From the NCBI RefSeq assembly GCF_009914755.1, contig NC_060928.1: a DNA stretch of 64,000 nucleotides; one strand, written 5' to 3'. Shown here in pieces: positions 15,158 to 26,486 of the stretch. Source of the stretch: the human T2T-CHM13v2.0 reference genome, Homo sapiens. Position numbers and translations under genes: made by a program. The stretch's first letter is position 1; each line of letters opens with the position of its first letter. Under the pieces are notes generated by a model. The model was not told the DNA's origin. It searched no databases and was given only the letters and a program-made list of their open reading frames with translations.

Positions 15158-16015
15158 CCTTTTTTTTTTTTTTAATTTGAGACAGGGTCTCACTCTGTCC
15201 CCCCTGGCTAAAATGCAGTAGTGCTATCTAGGATCACTGCAGCCTCGACTCCCCAAGCTCATGTGATCCTCCTGTCAGAGGCGTTTGAACCAGAGCAACT
15301 CTGTCTTGAATAGGAACTGGGTAAAATGAGGCTGAGACCTACTGGGCTGCATTCCCAGAGGGTTAAGGCATATCTAGTCACAGAATGAGATGGGAGGTTG
15401 GCACAAGATACAGGTCATAAAGACCTTGCTGATAAAATTTTGCAGTAAAGAAGCCGCCTAAAACCCACCAAAACTAAGATGGCCACGAGAGTGACCTCTG
15501 GTCGTCTTCACTGCTACACATTCACCAGCGCCATGACAGTTTACAAATGCCATGGCAATGTCAGGAACTTACCCTATATGGTCTAAAAAGGGGAGGTATG
15601 AATAATCCACTCCTTGTTTAGCATATCACCAAGAAATAATCACAAAATGGGCAACCAGCAGCCCTCAGGGCTGCTCTGTCTATGGAGTAGCCATTCTTTG
15701 ATTCCTTTACTTTACTAATAAACTTGCTTTCACTTTACTCTATGGACTCACCCTGAATTCTTTCTTGCGTGACATCTAGGAACCCTCACTTGGGGTCTGG
15801 ATCAGGACCCCTTTCCTGTAACTCTCTCATCTCAGCCTCCTGGGCAGCTGAGATTACAGGCACCTGCTACCAGGTCTGGCTATTTTTTGTATTTTTTTAG
15901 AGAAGAGGGTCTCACTATGTTGCCCTAGCTGGTTGCAAACTCCTAGGCTCAAACAATCTGCCTGCCTCAGTCTTCAAAAGTGCTGGGATTATAGGTGTGA
16001 GCTACTGCACCCTGC
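15158..16015 (-). mobile_element. AluJ split by the MER41A insertion
   Basis: Alu sequence stops at gatcctcc (15272) and resumes at catctcagcctcc (~15828). Confidence 0.9.
15273..15823 (+). mobile_element. ERV1 solo LTR MER41A
   Basis: tgtcagaggcgtttgaaccagagcaactc start, aataaacttgctttcac, gggtctggatcaggacccctttcctgtaac end; ~550 bp; lacks the GAS-containing segment of MER41B; TSD ctcc/ctct. Confidence 0.9.
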
Positions 16016-16167
16016 GTATTTTTCATTTTTTAATAGCCATACACATTTTCTCTTCTGTTAATCATTAATTTATTTGTTCTTTTTTTTATTGAATTGCAGG
16101 ATTTAAAATTTTTCTGGAGTCAAATGTTTCACTAGTTACACAAATTGCAAATATCTTCTCCCGGTCT

Positions 16168-16645
16168 GTAACTTCGCCTGTGGAGTTGGGGTGCATCACT
16201 CTCCTGGCACGTGCATGTATTGGGTGCATCACTCTCCTGGCACGTGCATGTATTGACCAACCCAGAAACTCTGTGAACCCCTCTATGTAGGGGTTTTTAT
16301 TGGAGGTTCCACTTATTACATAGACATGATTGATTAAATCATCAGCCACTGGTGATGGACTCAATCTTCAGTCCCTCTCCCCTCCTGTCCAGCTGAAAGT
16401 TCCAACCTTCTAATCCTGTGGTTGGTTCCTCTGACACCAGGCCCCATCCAGAAGCTATCTAGGGCCCCAGTGAGAGTCACCTTATCAGCATAATAAGGTG
16501 TGGTTGAAAGGGGGCTTATGAGAAGTGACAAAACACACTGCTGTCACCACTAATGCTCAGGGAATTACAGGGGTTTTAGGGGCTCTGAGCCAGGAACCAT
16601 ATTACAAAGACGAAATATGTGTTTGTTATTATATCACAGTGTCAC
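16168..16645 (-). mobile_element. MER21-family LTR, partial
   Basis: Minus strand starts tgtgacactgtgatataataac; internal ctgaaagttccaaccttctaatc and tgattgattaaatcat blocks. Confidence 0.75.
16189..16254. repeat. Perfect 2 x 33 bp tandem duplication in MER21
   Basis: gggtgcatcactctcctggcacgtgcatgtatt at 16189 and 16222. Confidence 0.95.
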
Positions 16646-16809
16646 ACATCTTATTTCCTTCAAGCTCAGAAATGAATGTTATGAATTCATGTTATCGTTT
16701 AACCAGCATTGCTGTGGATTTTTTTATCTGGGAGGTGGCGGTGGTGTACTGGGATTGGCCAGTATCAGTTCACAAGAACCAACTGTTAAATATTTAGGAA
16801 TGTTGTGAG

Positions 16810-17228
16810 TGTTCGATGAAAGGGCTGCATTTGCAAAGTGGTCCTCAAATGCTGACGGAGCCAAGAAACCAAAGAACAAGGCAGACAAATTCAGTTTGTT
16901 TTATTGGGGAACTTACAGACAGAAGCGTGGGCTTGGGTGGCCACAAGACAGGTGGATTTCCACACTGTTCCTCCCCACACTGAGGGCTTATGTACTATAG
17001 GGAAAGGGTATGCGTGCTCCAGTGAGACAATTAAAGGCAATCCTTTGGAACAGGCAAGAATGCTCTGTGCATCACAGCCTATAATTTGTGTGATAACATC
17101 AAGGTTGCATGTTCCTATGCTATGGACAGTAAATAAAGTAGGAATCAGGAGTCATTCACAGGACTGGGGCTAATCAGAAGTCAAGATGGCAGATTAGCAT
17201 CCAAGATGGAGTCACTTTTGTCCCCACA
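16810..17228 (-). mobile_element. Solo LTR, LTR47-like (ERVL), inside MER63
   Basis: Minus strand begins tgtggggacaaaagtgactccatcttggatgctaatctgccatc; TG...CA termini; MER63 sequence resumes after it. Confidence 0.7.
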
Positions 17229-17540
17229 AGGAGGCAGTTGCTGAACATAGCCATTATTAAAAATTAAATTGTATAAACTCAAAAATCAATAAATTATCAT
17301 AATAACAAAGGTAAAAAGAACTCAAAACTTGTCACTCCAAATTTTTGTACTACATTTTTCTGTTCTCTCTGCTCTGAAGGTTATTAGCATGTTCTGTGTC
17401 TGTGTGTGTAATGGTGTTCTACTGAGCACCTCTCCCTGACTGGAGTTCACACCGGTAACTTGAAATTGGCCACGATGAGAGTATTTCCTACTAACACAGT
17501 GGATCAGGGCTTGATTTGTTGTTTTGGTGATCAACTAGAT

Positions 17541-17762
17541 TAAGGGTCGACAAATTTATTCTGTAAAGAGCCAGATAGTAAATATTTTAGGCTTTGTGGT
17601 CCATACAGTTTCTGTTATAACTACTCAACTCTGCCCTTGTAGTGCAAAAGCCGCCACAAACCATTGGTAAATAAATGGGTGCAGCTGTTTGCCAATAAAA
17701 CTTTATTTGCAAAACAGTCTGTGAGCCTGATTTGGCCCACTGGCCATAGTTTGTCAACCCTG
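17541..17762 (+). mobile_element. MER58A (hAT-Charlie MITE) inside MER63
   Basis: gggtcgacaaat...ctgtaaagagccagatagtaaatattttaggctttg...gtttgtcaaccctg; ctaga target motif on both sides. Confidence 0.88.
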
Positions 17763-18156
17763 GTCTAGAATTAAGAAAGTGATGAGAAAATGTTAATAAT
17801 TCAGATTAAAGTTAAAAGTAGGTCATATCTAGTGCTGAAGCTTAAAGAGGTTTCAGCTTAATGAATATAATTTACATAAGCATAAGAAATAGTTTAACAG
17901 TAGATCACATATCAGATTTTATAACAATAAACTTATTGGGAAGAGAGTTAACAGATTACGATGCAGCTCTATTTGTCAAATTATGGTTAAATTGCAACCA
18001 TAGGTTGGCTACAGTAAATGTTCTGCAAAACTCAACAAAAATATTCTGTGAGAATCAATTGGCTATACAGAATTTACAATAAAAAAGATTATGTATTTAA
18101 TTATTATTTGTAAATTGTATGTTATATACATCCTTTATATCAATAAAATGTATGAT

Positions 18157-18181
18157 ACACACACACACACACACACACACA
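18157..18181 (+). repeat. (CA)n microsatellite
   Basis: About 12 CA units seen directly. Confidence 0.95.
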
Positions 18182-18315
18182 AATATATGGCATTATTTTG
18201 GAAGAGCTGGTTGTTAAACATTTACCAGCACACCACTGGGAAGTGGTCATCTTAGCTCAGTCTGCCGTGTTGTCAAAACTGCTTTCCAAATTCTGTTGAC
18301 TTAAAAGTTCAGATA

Positions 18316-18617
18316 GGCCGAGCGCGGTGGCTCACGCCTGTAATCCCAGCACTTTGGGAGGTCGAGGCGGGCGGATCACGAGGTCAGGAGATCAAGACCA
18401 TCCTGGCTAACACGGTGAAACCCCGTCTCTACTAAAAATACAAAAAAAATTAGCAGGGCGTGGTGGCGGGCTCCTGTTGTCCCAGCTACTTGGGAGGCTG
18501 AGGCAGGAGAATGGCGTGAACCTGGGAGGCGGAGCTTGCGTGGGCCGAGATCGCGCCACTGCACTCCAGCCTGGGCGACAGAGCGAGACTCTGTCTCAAA
18601 AAAAAAAAAAAAAAAAA
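18316..18617 (+). mobile_element. AluY, CpG-rich
   Basis: gatcacgaggtcaggagatc, ctggctaacacgg, gaatggcgtgaac diagnostics; pure poly-A; perfect TSD aaaagttcagata. Confidence 0.96.
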
Positions 18618-19050
18618 GTTCAGATAAATCTAACACCTACAGCTAGAATGCTCTTGAAATATCTAGATATTTTCATATTGTACCTTACTTAAGAAAATCT
18701 GTCATCTAGTTTCTTTCCTTTATAGTGTATATTGTATGCAGCATGTGGCTGTGTTTTCCTGAGCCATACATAGGAATGAAAACAGCAGAATGGAGGTGGA
18801 AACCTCCTGGTTAATGTCTTCATTTCACCATGTGGAATAAAGCCAATGTCAAGAAACACTCACCTCCAACGCTTCTTTGGCACCCGGCCAGGAGAAGAGG
18901 GCTGCCTCAGAGGGATCTTTGCACAGATGGGCTTATTAATACAAAATGCTACTGGCTGACTTTTTGTACCTTGAAGTGTATTCGGTTTTATAAGCATCAC
19001 TCTGGAAAAATTTCTTTTCTAGTTTGTAATCTAAAATAACACAATATGCT

Positions 19051-19620
19051 GGCTAGGTGTGGTGGTTCATGCCTGTAATCCCAGCACTTTTGGAAGCTGA
19101 GGCAGGTGGGTCACTGGAGGCCAGGAGTTGGAGACCAAGCCTGGGCAACCTAGCGAGACCCCATCTCTAAATAAAAATCATTAGCCAGATGCAGTGGCTT
19201 ATGTCTATAGTCCCAGCTACTCAGAAGGCTGAGGTGGTAGGATCACTTAAGCCCAGGAGTTCAAGACAAGCCTGGGCAACATAGAGGACCCCATTTCTAC
19301 AAAAAATAAAAATAAAAATTAGCTGGGCATGGTGGCACACACCTGTAGTCACAGTTACCCAAGAGGCTTGAGGTGAGAGGATCTCTTGAGCCCAGGAGTT
19401 TGAGGCTGCAGTGACCTATGATTGCACCACTGCATTCCAGCTTGGGCAACAGAGAGAGATCCTGCCTCTAAGAAAAAATAAGCCTGGGCACGGTGGTTCA
19501 CACTTGTAATCCCAACACTTTGGGAGGCTGAGGCTGCAGTGAGCCACAGTTGCCCCAGTGTACTCCAGCCTGGGCAACAGAGTAAGATCCAGTCTCACAA
19601 AATTAAATTAAATAAATTTA
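19051..19620 (+). mobile_element. Four-monomer AluJ-type array
   Basis: Monomers start near 19051, 19183, 19321 and 19481; flanking direct repeat aaaataacacaatatgct / aaaattatacagtatgct. Confidence 0.85.
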
Positions 19621-20754
19621 AAAATTATACAGTATGCTAATTTTGTGATAATTACAGAGGAAGCCTTTATTTCCCCTCTGGTTTTCCAAGTTCAGTTTTG
19701 AAGTTTGGGCCAGAGAAAGAGGGAGTAAAGAACGTTTTTTTTTTCAGCTGCCTTTGGTTTTTCTAAGTTGGCAGTAGTTACAGGGTCAGAACTTACAGCC
19801 TTATGTGGGGTACTCTTATATATCATATTCTGCTAGAGAAAAAAAAATGGAGCAAAATTTGAAGTGACCCAGAGCCTCACAGAGCCCAAAGCTTTGACTT
19901 GCTGTCAGATTTAAAAATAAGGTCATTTTAAACCTAAGATCTACTACCTTTCCTTATTGCAAAATATCAAATGAATCTGGCCTTTTTAAAACAAGATATA
20001 AGTGAAATCTTGAGCCCTAGGCCATGAATTCCATGAGTGCTGGGACCATGACCCTAGCACATGGCCAGCCCCTAATCAATACTTATCGGTGGGGGAAGAA
20101 AGGCAAAATAGGCCAAGAAGACTGGGTCTAGAATGTTCCTTATCGAGATCCTTAATTTGAACCCCCGCTCCTGAGAAAATGACTCATGCCTGCTATGTGA
20201 TGGTGAGTGAGAAAAATACAGGTTTCTATGAGCACATTACGTAGAAGAATAGTACTCATTTCTGGGCCATGTGTTCAATGTCAACACAAATATACAGGCC
20301 ATCTGCCATCTCAGATGCTGGGCTCTCTTGGCATCAAGGTTTGTCAGGCAACTTGAATTCCTTTTTTTATTGGCGTAGAGGCTCAGGTGGAATTCCAAAA
20401 GCAGAAATTTCATCACCAAATACACATATCCTAAGTACTAACTGTGCACAGTAGGTACAATGAAAGCTAGGCCCGGATTGCAAGGATAAAAGACAGAGTT
20501 GGAAGAATGAGCACACAGTTACAACACAGTACTAACAGGGTCACAGAGGCAGGCAGTGGGCAGACAGGTTCACAGAAGAGGGGCGTGTCACTCACAGCAG
20601 TGATCAGAGGGCACCTTCTAGGGGAGGTGACAGGTGAACCGAGAGTTTGGAAGAAAAGGTTCAGATATGCTACGGTTTTAAATGTAAAAGCCTCTCCCTT
20701 CCCTCCTGACTTAATGCGCCCTTACAGAGTCACAGTCTTTGGTCCATGATGGAG

Positions 20755-21213
20755 TCAGATGGTGAATTTTATGTGTCAACTTGGCTAGGCCAGCCCAGTT
20801 GTTTGGTCAAACACCAGTCTCACTGTTGCTGTGAAGGTAGTGTTTAGATGTGATTAACACTTAAACCAGCAGACTTTGAGTAAAGCACATCACTCCATAC
20901 CATAAGGTGGATGTAATGGACATAGGGGTGTCACCCATTACACATTGAACATGTTAAAGACAGGCTCCCCTAATGAGGAAGGCATTGTTCCTAATATGGT
21001 AACATGGAAATTCTGCCCGACTTTCCAGCCTCTGGACTCAGGACTGCAACATCAGGTCCTGTCTGAGCTTCTGGTCTGCTGGCCTGCCCTACAAATTTCA
21101 GGCTTGCCAGCCCCCACAACAGCATGCACCAATTCCTTAAAATGAATCTCTCTTTATATATCTATGTATGCATTCGACTGGTTCTGTTTCTCTGGAGACC
21201 CTTGACTAATACA
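20755..21213 (+). mobile_element. ERVL solo LTR, MLT2C/D-like
   Basis: gatggtgaattttatgtgtcaacttggctaggcc...ggttctgtttctctggagacccttgactaataca. Confidence 0.82.
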
Positions 21214-21809
21214 GAGAGCTTTGCATTTAACCCTTAGAGTTGGTCAGCTTGGGGCCCTACCCTCATGCTTGCAAAAAGGGACACAGAACACACAGCCAGT
21301 ATGGAGTAAATGAGCCCAGGCAACTCATGTCTTAATCCATCTCTGCTTCTCTGTGTCTTTGCTCCTGTGGGCCCACAAACTCTGGGCATAATTAGATCCC
21401 AGGCTCTCCTGGCCACTTTTGCTGTATTTAGTCTTCCGGCAGCCACTTCCCAGCCCCATACCTTTAGCCCCAACTTCCCTCTTATCTCCAATCCCAATCT
21501 GTCACTTGGCAATACCTGTCAGCCCTGTCCTTGGGGTTGCCAGATAACTAATGTCTGTGTGCTGGTACATCAGATACCCTCCAGTCGCTCCAGAGTGCCT
21601 TGGTAGGTAGGTCCAGAGAGCATACTATGTTTTATCTGCGTAGGTTTACATTTTGAGTCTCAGGGAAAATTTAAGAGACTGGATGTTAATCAGTGCCTCT
21701 CCAGTTACCAAGGGCATGGGGCTGACCACTCTCGAAGCTCATGTCACAATATATTTTGATTAACTGTGGCTCCCCACCGCCTGCTCCTGACAGGAGGGAC
21801 TAAACTGAA

Positions 21810-22400
21810 TCTTTTATCTTTCTATCCTTGGTGTTAGGCACAATGCTTTGAATACAGCAAGTGCTTGATAAATGCTTGTTGAAATATACCAATAGATGAG
21901 GCTGACGAGGAGAAGGATGAGTGCTTAATATATGTCAGACCTTATTCTCAGCTCTGTATGTATTGAGTGACTGTGAGTGCACACACGTAATCCTCACAGC
22001 AGTCTTGCAGGGTGCCTGCTACTCTCACTCCCTCTCTACACTAATGAAACTGGGTGCATAGGGCGAGATGGCTTCCCTAAGGTCACGTAGTAAGAGGCAG
22101 AGTCAACATGCAAACTCAGGTTCCAGACTCCACACTCCTAATGATATGCTGCTTACATGAACTCTATAAAGTCTACTCTACAACAACTCTATAGATATGC
22201 AACTCGTCTCTCTCCTGCAACATCTTCCCACAATTTCCAGGATCAGAACTAGAAGAACTTGACCCTCATGAGTGATATTACAAGAAGCAGGGTTGAGAGG
22301 AGATTCAGATGCTGGTCCTGACACCTGCCCTGTGTGACTTTGAGACTCAGTTTCCTTATTTATACAATAAAGGGTTTGGATTAGGTGATCTCCAAGGTCC
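21810..22400. mobile_element. L2 3' end and MIR fragments
   Basis: gtgcttgataaatgcttgttgaa (L2 tail); aatgaaactgggtgca...aaggtcac and ctcagtttccttatttatacaat (MIR cores). Confidence 0.55.
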
Positions 22401-22422
22401 CTATATGTCATCTAAATGCTAG

Positions 22423-22751
<329 letters not shown>

Positions 22752-23557
22752 CAGTGAGCTCCTTAGACTCTTCTGCCTGTCACGACTTGACAGCTGTGGC
22801 TTAACGCTGACACAGTGCAGTGTCTCCAACCTCGGTTCATTCACAGTCCCCCTGGATTGGTTTCTACGGCCTTTTGGTGGCTGTAAATTCCTTTGAGAAT
22901 CTGGTGAAAGCAAAGGGTCACCTCTCAGGACAAAGGAAACATATTTATAACCACACATTTTGCAGATGACTTTAGAGCATTTCAGCCCCCTTAAGGGTCC
23001 ATCCTTAAGGCCCCAGGATCAAAACTCCCACACTTGAAAACGAGCAGGAAGTAACTGGAGTTGAAGTTAAAAATGGCACCAAGGGAAGATGTGATCAGAG
23101 GGAAGGGTGAGCTTGGGCTGAATAGGGCTTGGGTCTGCAGAGGGTCTGCAGAGGGTCTGTAGGCTGCCTAGGCCTCAGCCTGGTTTCCTAAGCCAAAAGT
23201 AGGCAGTCAAGACAGCTCAGCGAGCCAGGCAGCAGGTGTGGGGAAGGCATGCTGGGGAGGGCTCTCTCATTTGCCTGTCCCCTGATTTTGCTCGTGGAGA
23301 CCCTCCTGGGTGTGGGCAGGCAGAGATACACCTGAGTCCTGTCTCACACCTGAGTCCTGTCTCACACCTTCAGAGGGCTCCTACCTGAGCAATCTGCCCC
23401 ATAGGGAAAATGACTGCTGAGAGCAACAGCTCTCAACTCCTTAGTAGCCCTCATACTGAGGTGCACCTGATCTTTTCCAAATGCCTTAAAGCTTGCGTGC
23501 TCCAAGTCTAGCTGCTTTCTTTATATATGGAGACTCTTGCATCTTAAAAGGAGACTT

Positions 23558-23850
23558 GGCCAGGAGTGGTGACTCATACTTATAATCCCAATGCTTTGGG
23601 AGGCCGAGGTGGGAAGTTCACTGGAGCCCAGGAGTTTTATACCAGTCTGAGCAACATGGCAAAACCCCCATATCTACAAAAAATTTAAAAATTAGCTGGG
23701 CATGGTGTCTCGCATTTGTAGTCCCAGCTATTCGGGAGGCTGAAGTAGGAGGATCACTTGAGCCCAGAAATTCGAAGCTGCAGCAAACCATGATCATGCA
23801 TCACTGCACTCCAGCCTGGGTGACAGAGCTAGACCCTGTCTCAACAAAAA
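23558..23850 (+). mobile_element. AluJ
   Basis: Sense dimer with aggatcacttgagccc right arm. Confidence 0.92.
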
Positions 23851-24480
23851 GGCTGGGGAGACTCATTTAATTCAATACCTTAAGGTCCCCTAGACCAGTA
23901 GATATCTGTATAGATAGAACTCCAAGGAGCTCAAAGCTTTTAACCTAATTGCTTCTAAATATACCTTTTGGAAAGGCATGCTGAAGTTAAATGTAATACT
24001 TTCAAACAGACCCTAAGAAAAAGCTGTAGCTGAATACTTCTCACACACGAATCTGATGGCTGTTTCCCGTTCTGGGTCTTTGCCCCAAATTCGCTAATGC
24101 CTCACTATAACTCATGCAGAGGAGCTTATTTTCCTAAGACTTCTTGCCTGTTGCTCTTCAGCACCGTTCACTCTCCTTTAGTCTGTTGGGGGACAGTTAA
24201 CCCACCTTTCTGGGGCAGCCAGATCTACCTCTTTATAGGTTAAAAGCCCTGTTGTTTGCTGTAGAAAAGAAAATGCACAGGAGACCTCAGAAACTCATGT
24301 CAATATTAGGAGCTTGAAGACCCGTAAGTAAACAAGGGGGCTGGGTTTTCCTTTTGTGTGTTTGCTTTGAGTTGCCTGCTCTGAGATATTGCTATCTTTG
24401 CCTTTGCTGAGGAATATTTACTGCTTTCTTAAAAGCTGACCATGAAAGTGGCTATAACTAAGTTTTAAAAAGCTTTATCA

Positions 24481-24780
24481 GGCCAGGCGCCATGGCTCAC
24501 GCCTGTAATCCCAGCACTTTGGGAGGCTGAGGTAGGCAGATCACTTGAGGTCAGGAGTTCGAGACCATCCTGGCCAACATGGAGCAACCCCATCTCTAGT
24601 AAAAATACAAAAACTTAGCTGGGCGTGGTGGTGCGCGCTTGTAATCTCAGCACTCGCGAGGCTGAGGCAGGAGAATCGCCTGAACCCGGGAGACGGAGGT
24701 TGCAGTGCAGCCGAGATTGCGCCACTGTACTCCAGCCTGGGCTACAGAGTAAGACTCTGTCTCAGAAAAAAAAAAAAAAA
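24481..24780 (+). mobile_element. AluS
   Basis: Sense dimer; TSD aaaagctttatca / aaaagcattatca. Confidence 0.95.
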
Positions 24781-25651
24781 GCATTATCATTTGAGTGGAG
24801 CTATTCATGTGGATGAGATGCGTTTTTCACTGGTAATGAGAGCAAACAAAGTGAGGGGTGAGAATACGAGGCATTATTTGGGGGAATGCAGTGTCCCACC
24901 ACGATCTTACAAAATGGAGCATCTATACTTTTGTCTCTACTATGTACTGGTTTTGGATTCAGTGATGCCCACCTGTATCTCATAACGGGAAAACACAACT
25001 CAGGCAGAATTGACTGTTGAATAAATAGGCATTACCCGGATGGAATTACACCAAGCAAACGATACCTGTTTTAAAAACAGCTGCTTTCCAGTTTGTTTTT
25101 TACAATGTAATATTCAGCCTGCCTGTGACCAGCTGTGGCTGAGTTGTAGGGTGTTCGTGGAGATTATGGGAGGCAGCGTTAAATGTTGCGTTTCTTTTGC
25201 TTTTTAAAATCCACCCTTTTGTTCTGTCCTCAGAGAGGAATGTGCATCTTTTGTTCTTAGCTACTCAGCTTCGGCCGGGTCTGGCGGCGCCTTTGAGTAA
25301 CATGGGCAACGCGCGCCCTCTTCTGGACAATCCACTAATTGCAAATTCTGTAAAGCATTGGTCTGGTTATCAAGCGGGCCCTGAATTTGAATGTTCTTGG
25401 TAGAGAACACAAAAGAAATTATGACATGTTCCCTGCATTCAAAGGGCCTGCTTTTATGTTAGAAGATTAAACAGCTTGCTTTGGGATTTTCAGTGTGATT
25501 TGGAGAGACCAGAGAATATATTCTTTTAATCGTGTTTCTTAAAAAGGTATGACTTTCTTTTATAGCCAAAATTTCATTTTAAAAATCTAACGATTTATTT
25601 TCTTTCTCTATTTGAATTATTTTTGAATTTATATGATTTAAACGGCTTCCT

Positions 25652-25951
25652 GGCCTGGCGCAATGGCTCTCACCTGTAATCCAAGCACTTTGGGAGGCTG
25701 AGGCAGAAGGATCGCTTGAGCCCAAGAGTTCCAGACCAGCCTGGGTAACATAGAGAGACCCTGTCTGTACAAAAAATACAAAAATTAGCCAGGCATGGCG
25801 GCCATTTCTCTAGTCCCAGCTACTCAGGAGGCTGAAGTGGGAGAGTCCCTTGAGCCTGGGAGTTCCAGGCTGCAGGGCACTGTGATCGCGCCCCTGCACC
25901 CCAGCTTGGACAACAGAGCAAGACCCTATCCCTAAAAAACAAACAAACAAA
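25652..25951 (+). mobile_element. AluJ
   Basis: Sense dimer with (AAAC)n tail. Confidence 0.92.
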
Positions 25952-26329
25952 GCCTTCCTTTTAAAAGAGTAGAAACAAGATAAATAGCAAAGGTGTGTAG
26001 GACATTTGTTTTCAGTAAAGATAACTGGATCTTTAAAATCACTACATGAAGATCAATTATTCCATGTAAATCCCAAATAAAATCAATAATTTATCACAAA
26101 GTGCTTAGAGCAATATTCTCTACTCCCCTAAAGTCCTGTTTATCAAAAGTGAAACATTTATTTCAGTCTCTCCAGACTGAAGATTACAGAGCAAAATACT
26201 CTGTATTTACTTTTTTTTTTCACTCAGCCGAGAAGAGGGGAATAGAATCCCCATGGCCTTGCCATTCCCTTAACCTCACTTGTGGGACTGTTCAGTTTGT
26301 GGATCATCAGCAAATTTCTGGTCTATCAC

Positions 26330-26486
26330 TCAGTAACATAAGACCTTGGGAAGATTACTTAAAGTTTGTAAATCTCAGTCTCACTATATGAAAAAGGGGG
26401 ATAATAGTGGGGGGAATTAAATGAGCTAACCTGTGGTAGGTGCTGGGCCAGTGCCTTGCATTTAATAAATGTTCAATAAATGTTAG
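26330..26486 (+). mobile_element. MIR
   Basis: gaccttgggaagattacttaa...ctcagtctcactatatgaaaa...attaaatgag...caataaatgttagc. Confidence 0.75.

Larger units (their letters stand above)
14540..16165 (-). mobile_element. Old L1M (ME/MC-like) 3' fragments, interrupted by Alu and MER41A
   Basis: aaattgctctcc...ccacatccttgccaatact...gcgtttccttgattactaatgaggtagaacatattttt and ttgcaaatatcttctccc motifs. Confidence 0.65.
16739..18238 (+). mobile_element. MER63-family hAT (Blackjack) DNA transposon with nested insertions
   Basis: TIRs cggtggtgtactgg (16739) and ccagcacaccactg (ends 18238); 8 bp TSD ggaggtgg / ggaagtgg. Confidence 0.85.
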
